NCBI RefSeq assembly: GCF_018350175.1
Contig: NC_058368.1
Span: 147,004,001-147,068,000 of the forward strand
DNA length: 64,000 bases
Source: Felis catus
Taxonomy: Eukaryota
Direction: 5' to 3'
Positions within the stretch are counted from its first letter, which is position 1, and each line of letters starts with the position of its first letter. The translations under genes and the position numbers were made by a program. Shown here piece by piece: positions 23,749 through 36,594 of this stretch. The notes under the pieces were generated by a model. The model saw nothing but the letters and a program-made list of their open reading frames with translations. It was not told the DNA's origin and did no database searches.

Positions 23749-25479
23749 CCCTTGGAACTGGTTTCACTAGCTGTAGGTGGCTGACTCCTTCCCCAGGGGA
23801 ACACTTTAAGAGAAGAAAACATTGCAAAGGACCACGATGGACAGGACAGAGAATTTCACTGCTTAAAGCAGGAATTTTTATGCCTACAGACAGTGACATT
23901 GGTGGTGGTGCTGCTGGTGGTCTTGGTCAAAGTCAGTGAGGGAGCTCTGGGAATGAAACACCTAGGTATGTAGGGCCTTGGCAAACCTCACTACCTCAAT
24001 ACTGTAGTGGGTGTCTAACCAATATTTTAAAACTCCTGCCTGCTTTTGATAAACATTCACTTCTCAGGCACACCCTTCCCTTCCGAGTTCTCTTCACTGC
24101 CCCAATGGTGTCTCCATAGTCAAGATTTGGGGAGACTTATTTTCTCTGGTTTCCCTTCCTCTTGAAACTTAGTTTGCTCTGCCCACAAAATACAAAATTA
24201 TATTACCACTGTGACCTGGCTCGTTTCATACTGTATATGGAACATTCCATTGTATATGGAACACTCCCTTACTGGTGGGGTTACCATCCTATTACCTTTC
24301 CTCACCGAGAGAAACAAGGGGGTCGTCTTAATGGGAGATACTTGTTACTTCCATCTGTTAAAAAACAAACAGATCTTCCCTCCCTTGCTAGTTTCTTTGA
24401 GATGCCATTTCAACCTCTATATTTTTTTCATGTCTCCCAGCAACAATTCATAGTGTAGCAAGAATTCCTGAACAAGAATTTGAATTTTGTTTACTACCCA
24501 TTGCCAATTCAGATCTGTCTTAATGAACAAGACCATCAGGGGGAGCTCTTTGAGAGAGCTTCCATGGGGTTTAGGAGAAAGATAATGCAAGACATGTAGA
24601 GAATACCAGATTTCCAGACCAATATACCCTGCATGCTGAGGGCACAAAGGCCACCTTCCCTCCAGACTTTCTGGGTAGGCATAGAAGTAGCTTAATAGAA
24701 ATAAGGAAATGGTCAAAGTTTTAAAGGAAATGAGCATGGGACCAATAGCTTGATGGTTGGATGGACAGGTGATTTTTGAATGCAGCATAGCCGGCACTCC
24801 AGTTATCTCCAGACATCGTTTTTAGAAATCTAGACTTGGCAAGATGGAGGAAAGGGGACTCAGCACAAGCCTGGAGCCTCTGGTGGTGGTCTACTGACAC
24901 AGTAAGTAAGGGAGGGAGGTGAGCAAGAAACAAGGATATTTCTGTTGGAACCAGCACAGGGTTTTTTAAGGCAGAGTCCAGGAGTAGCTAATATAGAAGA
25001 CCAGATAATTAGTTTACAGAATGACAGAGGAAATGGCAGATGCCACAAGATGGAAGAAAAAAAAAAAGCATATATGAACCTTCCCATGGAGGGAATTTTT
25101 GAGTCAAAAAGGAGGGATTTTCAGAGCTCAGAGGTTCCAGGGAATTTACTCAAAACGATGAGTCAAATTTACTGTTCTAAAGTTGTATTAAAACCTGGTG
25201 ATCTAGGATGACTTGGGACAGAGTGTGTTAAATATTATTTCTGCACATACATCAAACAGTATCCTTACATCCTGTCACAAAGACAGGATATTTAGAGCTT
25301 CAAATATAATAACTTTCCATTCCCAATATGTCCAAATCATGATCCCCCCCACCCCCCCCACCCCCATTTTAAGCCATGTTTTTCTTGGTAAAATAACAGT
25401 GAGGATGAGCAAGAGAAAAAAGCAAAGTGTAGCTTTTTTCTTTCGGATTGCTGGTAAAGAAGTCTACATAAAGGCCACA

Positions 25480-25780
25480 TTTACCTGTCTACGGTCTTCC
25501 ATAAAGACAGGGTCGAGAGAATCTCCCGTGAGGCTAAGTGGTAGTCTTCTGCGTGGCGGAGTGACTGGCAGGTGCGAGGAGATGGCTCTGACCTTGGCTT
25601 CAGCTTGGCAAACACAGGGCCTGCCAACGTGGACGGAGGCCTCTGCGGCGCGTGCGCAGTCCGTCAATGACGCCTTCGAAGTGCGGCAGCTGCGGCTGCT
25701 TTGGAACAAGATGGGTTAAAGGGGCTCTGTGCGTAGCCGGTTTTCCCAGATTTGTGGACCCAAGACAACCTGCGTGCAGT
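25480..25780. promoter_or_regulatory. Small CpG-rich element, candidate promoter/enhancer
   Basis: About 20 CpGs in ~290 bp by manual count, in otherwise CpG-depleted DNA and not in a recognisable repeat. Contains an NRF1-like GCGCGTGCGCA (25648-25658) and paired CRE half-sites CGTCA-A-TGACG (25662-25672). Confidence 0.5.
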
Positions 25781-25826
25781 CTTTCTTGTTCTTTCCTTTT
25801 CTTTTCTTGTTTTCTTCCTTTTCTTT

Positions 25827-25873
<47 letters not shown>

Positions 25874-25888
25874 CTCTTTTCTTTTTTT
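25781..25888. repeat. (CTTT)n / polypyrimidine tract
   Basis: Direct reading of the sequence. Confidence 0.95.
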
Positions 25889-28800
25889 AATATATCAATC
25901 TTACAAACATTTTGTTTATATTTTGACACCTTTGTTGGCAGCAATTGGAAAATTGGGGAATTTTGATGACTCCTCTTAAAATATGTTTCCTTACTAAAAA
26001 AATGGTAGCGAATTTTGGGACTTAGAATTTTAGATGAGTTTAGTCTTTACAAGTGTTACTTGGTGTTTCAGCCTGACCAGCTATTTCTGAATTTACAAAT
26101 GAAAAATTTTAGGATCAGAAAGGAGTCCAGAAGGAAGGAGAGGGTGAGAGAAATGGAGAAAGAGAGAGAGAGAGGAACAGAGAAGAAATAGTACAATAAA
26201 AGGACATTTATAGAAATATTTAAAAATCAAAATGTTTTTTCTTTTTTTAGTTTATCAATTCCCAGTGCATTCTATTACAACTGTAAAAAGTGGCAATCAT
26301 TTATTTACCTATATGTGAATAACTTCTCATATTCTTTTCCTGCAGAATATAATTGCTAAGAATCCTCATATATATTTTGAACTATTTAATCTTGTAGATT
26401 CTAAGTATAGAAGTACTGCCAATGTCATTACAATCTTCAAATAAAAAAAAAAAACAGAAGTACATAGTATGTCATAATATACTGTGCTTTAATTTAATAA
26501 AATCTCCTGAATGCATAGGCTTTATCTGTTTGCAAGTTCCTCAGTCCCTTCATTTTACTGATGAGGAAACTGATGTTCAGAGAGGTCTAACATACTTTTA
26601 TCTATGCATGTGACTAAACGATGTATGAATTACTGACTGAAGCATCCTTCCCCATAGGCCTTTATGCCTTTAACTGCAGCCTGCTCCCAATTCTTCAATT
26701 TCAAGTTAAGGCAGAAAAGCCATAGTCTGGGTGTCTCACAAAAATTATTTGCAGAGAGCCCCTGCTGACCGAGTTACTGCTCCCACACGTGATGCGTTCC
26801 AGGACCCTCAGAGTTGGGCAGGAAAGAGTGGTGAAGGGCAGATGGGATCCTCCGAATTGGTGCAGGGTCTACACAGCCCTGTTCTCCCCTGGGTGGTGCA
26901 GAGGCCTGTAGTCAAGAGCAGAAGTTACCTGTGACCCATTGTCAGTGCTCAATTCTGGTCTCTGCAGCCTCACAAAATGCTTATGTTACACTGTCTTGGG
27001 GGTGTAGAATGGAGGTGGCTGAGTTGGGGTTGAGAGGTTCTGACAACAGCACGATGTCTTCCTCTCCAAGGAGAATCTCTGTAGAAGCTGTATTTGTTCA
27101 TTTGTTCGTTCAGTCATTCAGCAGATATCTACAGAGAATAGAATCTGTGCAGGACTGAGATTAACCAGTGCACAAAAGCCATCATGGAGCGTTAATTTAG
27201 GGAGTCATCCCAGTCCCCCAAAGACGGGTCTATGTCAACTTGGACTTGAGGGGTCACGATAAAGGGCAGTAGCTTCTGACAGCATGAAGGAGTAGCAAGG
27301 GGCCTGATGGAGACAAGGCTACGGCCATGGATGGGAGCAGAGATACCATCAACAGGACAGGCTGATTCTATGTATCCCACCAGATGCCCGATAAAACAGA
27401 GATGTGGGCATCCCTTGTCCCACTAACTCACATCCTTCTATATTCTCTAAAGCTTAGGCTCAACCCCAGGCTGAAAGACTGAAAAGGGGAAATTAGTGAA
27501 TTTGAGAAGAAATTAGTAAAGTGATAGAATAATTTGTAAGTCTCTGAAGTAACTGAGTTTTCTTGGAAATAAGTAAATTACCTCTCTCTCTCTCTTTTTT
27601 TTTTTTGTGGGGAACCTTAGGTAAAATTTAAAGAATGACATTTTTGTATACCCAGGTTTATAGTCTGTGAAAAGTATGTGTGTCACAGTGACCAAAAAAA
27701 AAAAAAAAAAATCACACCACCAAAACCTGAAATTTATTGAACACCTGTAATATATATAATTCCATATTTTCAGAGGAGAAACTTTTCAGAGAAAAAAAAC
27801 TGGTAAACTGTCCAGAGAAGCTTTGGGATTTGAACCCAGGGCTGTCTAATTCCCAAACTTGAGATTTATTTTTTAGAGGCTGTAGAACCCTAGGCTCATT
27901 AACTCATGATAGCAATGACACTAATTATTTGCAAACATGAGTGTCTTGGGTATAACAATCTAAAAAAGGTATGTCCGCTAAATGGAAGAATTTGTCACTT
28001 GTCAACAGAGATTGCAGAATCCTGTCGGATGTCTGGTGCACTCCTTAGGGATAGATGGGGTGATTTAAGTTTGCTAATAGAATTTACAATTTAAAGCACC
28101 AAACTGAGAATATGCTAATAATATTAAAGTTTATATATTCCTATACTTTAAATAATGTCAATGTTTGAGCCTGTGAATAACTAACTTTTTCTTTGGAAAT
28201 CAAAGAGGTAGCAGAGGTAAGAATAATGACTCTCAGATGGATTACTATTTTTATTAAAAGTTAACTCATAATACTGAAACCACTCCATTGAATAAATCTA
28301 TTCTAATAAATATTCCCTAAAGTAAATTTCAGCTGAGCCACAGTTATTGTTTCAGGGCTTGATTTTGTGATGGGTCCAATTACATTTTTATTTAGGCAGG
28401 GTTACATAAATTCTGAAAACACCAAAGATATGCCAACAGAAAGAAATATGACTTGTATAGGGAAACCAGTGTGTTTATTTTTGTGTGATTGTGGGGAGTA
28501 AATTTATCCAACCAGACACTAACCTAGGAGACATGTGTTTTTAATATTTTGAGAATCCTTTTACAATATAAATCAATGACTGTCATCTCCCGTTAATTTA
28601 TGGGAGTGTTCTAATGAAAGTTTCAGTGGAATCACCTATTAATTCAAGTTTGCAGAAGCACACACTCTGCCTTTCAATCCATGTTTATTTAAGTGATATG
28701 CAATATAGACCATAAATTGTGACACACGTGTACAAATTTTCAGTTTTATTTGCATTATCGAATAAATTTTTATTAAGGTATTCTAATAAACATTCTTTGA

Positions 28801-29209
28801 AGGAAAAAAATAAGTATTTTGCAAATAGTATGAAAAGGTAAATAGTGGCAGATTCAATGTTTTACCAGCTATAAACATTTTCTTCAGGAAGAGTCAGGAA
28901 CAAGGTCCTATGCACTTATTCAAAGTGTCAATATAATAAAAGAGCTTTTTCATATGGTGGGGGGCAATTTGGATCAGCTCCCTATTCTGACTTTGCTGCC
29001 GCAGGTTCCACCATAATTATTAGCAAGCCTTCTGAGTTCAGGTGGAATGTCGACATGGTTTCGTGGGTCCCCAAGTCCGACTCACGCTGAGTCACCATTT
29101 AATAGTGACTTATTGAATGAATAACAAAGATTCTAGAATTTTCGATTTTCTTTTTCTGTCCCATATATGACTTTCCTGATGTATCCTTACTGTAACTATT
29201 GTGGCCATT

Positions 29210-29390
29210 AAAAAAAAATGTTTGTTTTTGAGAGGGAGAGAGCACAAGTGGAGGAAGGCAGAGAGAGAGGGTTCCAAAGCAGGCTCCGAGCTGAACGCAT
29301 GGAGCCCAATGCAGGGCTTGAACTCACAAACTGCAAGACCGTGACCTGAGCTGAAGCAGATGTTTAACTGACTGACTCATCCAGGCATCT
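29210..29390 (-). mobile_element. CanSINE
   Basis: GCAGGCTCCGAGCTG…GGGCTTGAACTCACAAACTGCAAGACCGTGACCTGAGCTGAAG, with diverged TSD CTATTGTGGCCATT / CTATTGTAGCTATT. Confidence 0.9.
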
Positions 29391-29978
29391 CTATTGTAGC
29401 TATTTTTAAAATCAGGAATGAGGGGTAGAAAAAGAAAACTTCCATACTCATGTTAGGTGCAGCTTTTGATCCAAAGCATAATCAGTGGAGGGAAGATGGA
29501 GGCAAAAGCTGGAACTTTCACTTTCGTGCCCAGAGTTTTCAGAATATGCAAAACTGCAAAATATTGATAATCTCCCATCCTGGAAGATTGCCTTTCATAA
29601 AAATGGTAGACAGGCATTGGAACAAATCAATCCTTTGTCCCCAGCATATAAGATACTAATTATAATTAGCAAAAGAGGCCTTTTCTGGGAATGTGATATG
29701 CACAAAGGCACTCCCTGTCCTCATATCTTCCTCAAGATTTTCACTTGCCAAATGAAAAGAGGCTGGATTTTGACCTCTACTCAGACCCCTTGGCCTGTCA
29801 TCTTTGTGTACAGCACAACCTGCTTGCCAGTACACAGATGCCCTGGACATAAATTTTGTCATGGGTATGTCCATAGATCCTTTTGTTTTGCTTTTAGTAG
29901 ACACTAGAAAAATTTCTTGGATAAGAGAGTGCCTTCCGCGCAAGTTTCAAATTATTATTTAGTGTGAAAGTGGTTTAC

Positions 29979-30013
<35 letters not shown>

Positions 30014-30020
30014 AAATGGT

Positions 30021-30228
30021 GGGGAGTGCACCTGGGAGGCTCAGTTGGCTAAGAGTCCGATCTCATGGTGAGTTCGAGCCCAGCGTGGGACTCTGTGCTG
30101 ACAGCTCAGAGCCTGGAGCCTGCTTCAGATTCTGTGTCCCCCTCTCTCTATGCCCCTCCCCCACTCACACTCTACTCTCTGTCTCTCTTTCTCTCAAAAA
30201 TAAACATCAAAAAAAAAAAAAAAAAAGA
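30021..30228 (+). mobile_element. CanSINE (SINEC_Fc-type), preceded by a 32-nt poly(A) run (29980-30011)
   Basis: GGCTCAGTTGG…GAGTTCGAGCCC…CTGACAGCTCAGAGCCTGGAGCCTGCTTCAGATTCTGTG, then a CT tract, AATAAA and an A tail. Confidence 0.93.
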
Positions 30229-31550
30229 AATAGGAATCCATATATGATATTGTGCTTAAAGAGGAAACGGATATTGACTCAAACCAAGACCCAGAAATAA
30301 CATGCAGAAATACATTAGCGATAATCTGGTACTCACATTAGACTACCGAATGAAAATCCTCAAGTTTACAGGTGCTGCTGTAAAATAAGCCTAATGAAGG
30401 ATGAATGAGATTAGGATTGGAAATGATCTTTTTACTACATTCAATGTATCTTACCCAGTTTGAGGCCTTACATTTTCAGAAGATCACTGAAAAGATTGAG
30501 TAGGTTTTAGGAAATGGAAGAGAAGTGAAAGAGCAAGTATATTTTTTTTTCTTAGAAAGAACAAGAACAGACTGATTATTAAAATCCTTAACTACAAGTT
30601 TTCTGATTTTAGTGAAAGATATAGATTCAGCTTCAGCAAGAATATAATTCAAATATGAGAAGTTAGATGCACTGACCATTAGAATTATTAGACTTACTTA
30701 GGTTTTACTATCCCTTCTTGAACACATTTAGATACTGAATGAATACAACCTAGAGAATTAAACATTTAAACAAATGCATCCCAGACGTAGCAGTCCCTTA
30801 ATTCCAGTTGTCTAAGATTCTCTCAGCTTATTCTGGTTCACTGATGAATGATGGACAGAGAATTGACTATTTAAATCAAGTTATAGAAATTTAATTTACT
30901 GATGATATAAGGTTACACAAGGTTATTTGTCACTGATTAAGCTCCTAATTCTACTAATTGAGAAGTCACCAGGGAATGAAAAGATAATGCCGTCCACTTA
31001 TTGTTAAGAAGTTGATTCCTTGAGTTGTGTTAGTGCCCATACCTAATTCTCTAAGATGTTACTGCTCAGCTTCTCTTCTAATCAAGTGTGTGTTAACTCT
31101 TAAATATTGAGAACTAGAACTCTAGAAGAGGTGGTTTTATGTTTCTTTTGCATAACTTGGGATTCTTCTTTAAACAAAAATGGAAATACCTATGGTTTCT
31201 CTTATCTATCAAGCACTAGATTTTCAAAATTCTCTTGAATACAAGTATTTTTTATTCTTGCATTAAAGATCTCATGTTCTCCATGTGGGGATAGGCTATG
31301 TACTGTGTCTATGGATAGCAGATGCATTGACATTTTGGGCTAATTACTCACCTTGGAAAAAATGAATGCTACCTGATATCTCAACGGTTATCGTAAGTTG
31401 TTCAGTAATTTGTGGATCTTTCTTCGTATATTCATGTGATGGTCTACATTTCACCCACTGATAAATCATTTCAAATACATGATATTAGGTAATACCGATG
31501 TATTAAATTATTTAGGACAATATGATAAATTACAGAAGAAACAATGCATT

Positions 31551-31769
31551 AGGATTTTTTTTAATGTTCATTTATTTTTGAGACAGAGAGATAGAGACAG
31601 AGTGGGAGTGAGAGAGGGGCAGAGAGAGAGGGAGAGAAAGAATCTGAAACAGGCTCAAGGCTCCGAGCTGTCAGCACAGAACCTGACGTGGGGCTTGAAC
31701 TCATGGACCATGTGATCATGACCTGAGATGAAGTTGGATGCTTAACCTACTGAGCCACCCACGTGCCCC
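31551..31769 (-). mobile_element. CanSINE (SINEC_Fc-type)
   Basis: Full antisense body ending TGAGCCACCCACGTGCCCC. Confidence 0.94.
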
Positions 31770-31780
31770 AACACTGCATT

Positions 31781-31903
31781 TTTTAAAAAGTAGGCTTCAC
31801 TCCCAGTGCAGAGCCCAGCATGGGGCTTGAACTCACAATCCTGAGATCAGGACCTGAACAGAGGTCAGGAGTCAGATGCTTAACTGACTGAGCCACCCAG
31901 CCC
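31781..31903 (-). mobile_element. Second, shorter and older CanSINE in tandem
   Basis: GTAGGCTTCACTCCCAGTGCAGAGCCCAGCATGGGGCTTGAACTCAC…GCTTAACTGACTGAGCCACCCAG. Confidence 0.9.
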
Positions 31904-32602
31904 TGATACAATGCATTCTTGGTTGGAGGCAAATCATTCCTGTTGCTAATGTGCGAGTATGTAATAAAACATGTTTTCAGGACCCTTTGACTCCAAGGAA
32001 GAAAGAGTATTGAACTGAGGGGGAGACATCTAAGATGTAGGTATGTGTGATCCAGACTCCCTGCATCTTGGACAAATATAATGTCCTTCTGCTCCTCTTT
32101 CTGCTCTTACAAAGAAGACAGGTTCTTGCATTCTTCCTAGCGTTTTCATACTAGTAGATTGGATGTTTCAGTTGTCATGAATATTAATTTGGACAGTTTA
32201 GGTGTCATTTCAAATGTCCATTCCCTCAGACAACCTTCCTTGACTGATTTCATTTATTGGTGTAAATTCTGTCTTATGTTCTCTTTAAACTTTGAACATA
32301 TTTTTTGGTATAGAGCCCAATGTAATAGTTTACTTTCTTGTCCACCTCCTACTGGCCTTCACACTGCGAATTTCTGAAAGTCAGAGTCTTTTCATCTCTG
32401 TATTTCCAGAACCTTGCCATAGTACTTAAATTTTACTCAAAAAAAAAAAAAGATTTTGAAAAGAGGTTGGTTAATCTTAATAGTTTAACTTAATAGTTTT
32501 AACTACTTAATAACAGTTTCTATGGTGTTAGTTATAAAAGAATTTAGTGTTCAGTTATATATTTAGTGAAAGCAAAAATGATTTAATATTTTACAGGACT
32601 CA

Positions 32603-32812
32603 GATTGCCTGGGTGGCTCAGTTGGTTAAGTGTCCGACTTCGGCTCAGGTCATGATCTTGCGGTTTGTGAGTTGGAACCCTGTGCCAGGCTCTGTGCTGA
32701 CAGCTCAGAGCCTGCAGCCTGCTTCAGATTCTGTGTCTCCCTCTCTCTGTCTCTCTCCCACTGACACTCTGTCTCTCTCTTTCTCTCTTAAAATAAACAT
32801 TATAAAAAATTA
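32603..32812 (+). mobile_element. CanSINE (SINEC_Fc-type)
   Basis: GCCTGGGTGGCTCAGTTGGTTAAGTGTCCGACTTCGGCTCAGGTCATGATC…, then a CT tract and AATAAA. Confidence 0.95.
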
Positions 32813-33481
32813 AATATAATACTTTATAGGATCCGAATTATAGCCTAATGCTACAATTCAGAGTCATAAGTGTTTGTGATAATAGATTTATGTAGGAAAA
32901 CTCTCAAGCAAGGAATAAGTAGTATGAATTTCTGAAAACAGGCTGAGAAGGGAAGAAGGAGAGTGTAGGGGAACCAGATTATGGGGTTTTCAGCCACAAT
33001 TGACTGTAGAAAAATCCATTAAAAGAAACAAGCATCAAAGTCAATTAAACAAACAAATAACCAAAGCAACACATGGATCTGCATTATATTTAACACCACG
33101 AGGCAGGTCCCCCGTAGGCAGCCTCTTCTCACGCAGCAAACCCACCTACAGGCCATACTGAATACTTGGGTGTACCCTCCCTAGCAGAATAAACAATGGA
33201 ATAGAATAGGGGAAAACTTGTTTTATTAGAATGTTTTATGGACAAAGGGTTTTATCCACCACGTAGGAAAAAATCACACAGTTATCTGGGTAGTATCTTG
33301 GTTTTCTTAAAAAGCCTATCAGGCCTATAGCACCACAGTCCTTCTCTGTCCTCGCTGAGAGTGGAAACGCCTTCTGCTGCCAGGATCCATCCAATTCTGG
33401 CTCTAAGCTCACACTGACCACCCAGCATACCAGGCAGCTAGCCGACACTATCCATTTAGAAAGCAGTTCATGACCATGTTG

Positions 33482-33725
33482 CCGTGGTTTTCAAATGTTT
33501 ATGACAGTGTCTCAGGGTAAGAAAAATAATTTATGCTGTGGTCAAGAACACATACATACACAGGAATGTAATTGAAATAAAAATGTTTTAGGAAAGAATT
33601 TTTACAGAGACTCATTCCTCCTCTTCCCTCTGCTTTTTTCCGCTCCTCTCCTATGGTATTTAATTAAAAAAACTGTTAGTGTTAATCCACCAATTTCTCG
33701 CCACTAGAAGTCTGACAAGCATTTT
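33482..33725. mobile_element. MER113-like hAT-Charlie relic
   Basis: GTGGTTTTCAAA…GTAAGAAAAATAATTTATG…ACACATACATACAC…GTAATTGAAATAAAAATGTTT resembles MER113. Diverged. Confidence 0.45.
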
Positions 33726-33820
33726 AGTACTGTTTAAACATGGCTCTTGGAGTCTCAGTACACATCCCCGGCAGCTTATTCAGGTATTTATACCGCTAAA
33801 AATGGGTTCCTTTTAGGGAT

Positions 33821-34216
33821 GTGTCTCAGTTCATTCAGGCTGCTGTAACACAGTTCCACAGACTGGGTAACTTATAAACAACAGAAATGTATTGCTCGTG
33901 CCCATTCTTCTGGAGGCTGTGAAGTTCAAGAGTATACAAGCACAAGAAAGTATCCAAGTTCAAGATAACTACCACAGTTGAGTGAGGGCCTACTTCCTGA
34001 TTCATAGCTAGTGTCTTTCTGCTATGTCACATGGAGGAAGGGGCTAGGAAGCTCTGTGGGGTCTCTTTTATAAGACCACTAATCCCATTCATGAGGTCTC
34101 CACCCTCATGACCTAATCACCTCCCAAAATCCCCACCTCCTACACCATTACCTTTGGGGGTTAGGATTTCAACATATGAATTTGGGGGGGGGGTCCAAAA
34201 ACATTAAACAATAGCA
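33821..34216 (-). mobile_element. MaLR LTR (MLT1A/B-like)
   Basis: GTCTCAGTTCATTCAGGCTGCTGTAACA…AAACAACAGAAATGTATT…CATGACCTAATCACCTCCCAAA…GGTTAGGATTTCAACATATGAATTTGGGGG…ATAGCA. Confidence 0.88.
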
Positions 34217-35761
34217 GGATGCACCTGCTGTTTAAAAAAATAACATTCTTCCATATTATTACCTAAGAAGTTCGAGAACTGAGGAAGCTAAACTGCTTGA
34301 GGTTAATTATATAGTGTTTTTTCTTTGTAATATGCCCTCTTTAATCTCTCTGTTCAATTCCTGTTTCTTGGGCCCAGGTGGAAAATGTCACTGGCCTGCC
34401 ATAGTTCTCCTACTAAAGGCAAACTATTATTATTATTATTATTATTAAATTCTGCTCTATAATCCCTAAGAAGTGGAACAGTGATAAAACATACGTAAAT
34501 CTATGCTTAATTTGCCATTTCAGCCATTTATTATCAGGAATATTCCTTCTCTGTCATCTGTATGCAGTCTACTCCCAGTTGCCTTGCCCTTAATTCCTTA
34601 CAATGTCTGGGCCCTGCTGCTTATATAAGTTATTACAAAGCTGTCGCCATATTGGCCATGGGGGATGTATTGTTTGCACCGTTAGTCTCGCAGCCTCCAC
34701 TTCTTTTCCAGGTAGCAGCAGGTTGAGCTTATGTCACAATGCATCATCATTATTAACATATTTACGCAAGGGCATGTAAATGGCACTATGGGGATTTTAC
34801 ATAAATATACAAGAGTGCGGTTCATGCCTTTGAGGACATTAAAATAAAATTAAGTCAGAGGCAGTCACCATATGCAATGCCTAATCATGTAATACGGTGA
34901 CCATTTGGTGATGCTACTATACCATATTTCCACAGCATTAGTGTTTTCAAATGACTCAGTCAGCCCCTGCCAAGATATGCAAAAACAACTAAATGAAGAG
35001 CTTTTTCCGAAAATGTTTTCCTGTTTCTGCTACCAAATTCATCTAACAGAGTAACACTTTGAGTAAGTGCCACTTGCCTACTGTGGAAAACACTTTATTT
35101 GGTAGTAATTTCGAAACATCCAATATGAATTATAGACACTGCAATAGAATCAAGGAATCCTATTTTCCCCTTCAAAGTCAATAGAAAAATTGCTACACAC
35201 ACTAGGTATTCTTTCTTTGTAAAGACACATTTATCAGTACATTCTGCTTCAGAGTAGTTCGGGTATTTCTCAGCTAGCACAACGGTTTAATCCTCCATTT
35301 TACCTGCTCGGCTAAAAGGGTCGTTTTGCATCTCAAGGGCTAGAGGCAATATTTTTCACAAATAAATAATACACTAACTCAGTTGTTAATATAGCTTTAA
35401 ACCAACCTAGGGAAGAGAAAGAGAGCACTGCATTCCTGACAGTAAAAATTAATGTCTCTTTACCAAAATCTTAACTTAAAATCATGTATTCAAGCTGAAG
35501 TGTTAGATGTTTTAAACTTTTAGATTATAGAGAAGAGAATATTTTCTATTCATGATGTTAGTCTTAACAGATTTTTTTTTTAAACAAATTACAACATGGT
35601 CAGACTTTCCTCCTTGGAATTCTAAATGTTTCTATTGTTTGCATGTCTTAAATCAGTTATTTTAAAAGCTTCACTATTGAAATTTTTCATTTGAATAATT
35701 ATTCTATCGAAATGAATTTTTGCCCTGTATAGATGTTGTCCTGATTCTTTATTGGCCTTAT

Positions 35762-35795
<34 letters not shown>

Positions 35796-36594
35796 TAACT
35801 TAGTAAAAGCATATTTGTATATGTCTGTGTATGGGAAAAAAAAATTAGGTAAACAATGGAACTAAAGCATTCACATTCAAATACAGTTAAATAGGAATAT
35901 GCACGACTACATAAGCACATATTACAAGTTGATACTGAGAACTACCAGAGATTCGTTGAAACTTAACTAAGGAATCAACATTTAATAGCTTCCACTTTCC
36001 TCCAAAACTTCTGAATCTTAAAAATATATATGTTTAAAAAGTGGGAGGAACACAGACTTCATATTTTACCTATGACTTGCAGAGGAGCAGAAATCGGGTT
36101 TAAAAGAAGCCAAATGTTCTGAAGGTCTTTAAGTGATAGCTGAGGTAACATGGGTAAATATATTATTAATGTTTGTGTTATTGCTTACTATTGACTGGAT
36201 CTCTTCATTATACTCCTGAAAATCATGTACATAAAAGACAATAGAAATGATAGCAATGGCATCTGATTAACACTCGGCAGATCAATCCTGGAACACAAGA
36301 CTTTAAATATGTATGAGGCAAAAAAATGACTTTGGGTTATTAGTATTCCAATAAATTTTCCACAGCTGAAAGGGACAGGAGAAATGCACACATTTTAATA
36401 ATTTGGGAAAAGCCAAGTTAGCTGATATCAATGATATTTGGAGGCTATTGTAATCTTTTTTTCTTTTAATGCATTTGCTTAATTGTCCTGTACAAAGAAA
36501 AAGTAAGCCAAGCATGTAGTTAAGACTGGTGGGCATCACATTCAGACAACTTGTGTATTCTTACAAATGTGTTTAATTACAACTGCTTCAAAAG

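Noticed and set aside
25213..25979. Overlapping ORFs of 75-168 aa over the CpG-rich element
   Set aside because: No recognisable protein family, non-ATG starts, and partly (CTTT)n-derived. Locally higher GC lowers stop frequency.
35095..35280. 61-aa minus-strand ORF downstream of EDIL3 as an extra exon
   Set aside because: No recognisable homology or convincing splice signals, and EDIL3 already terminates at 39459.
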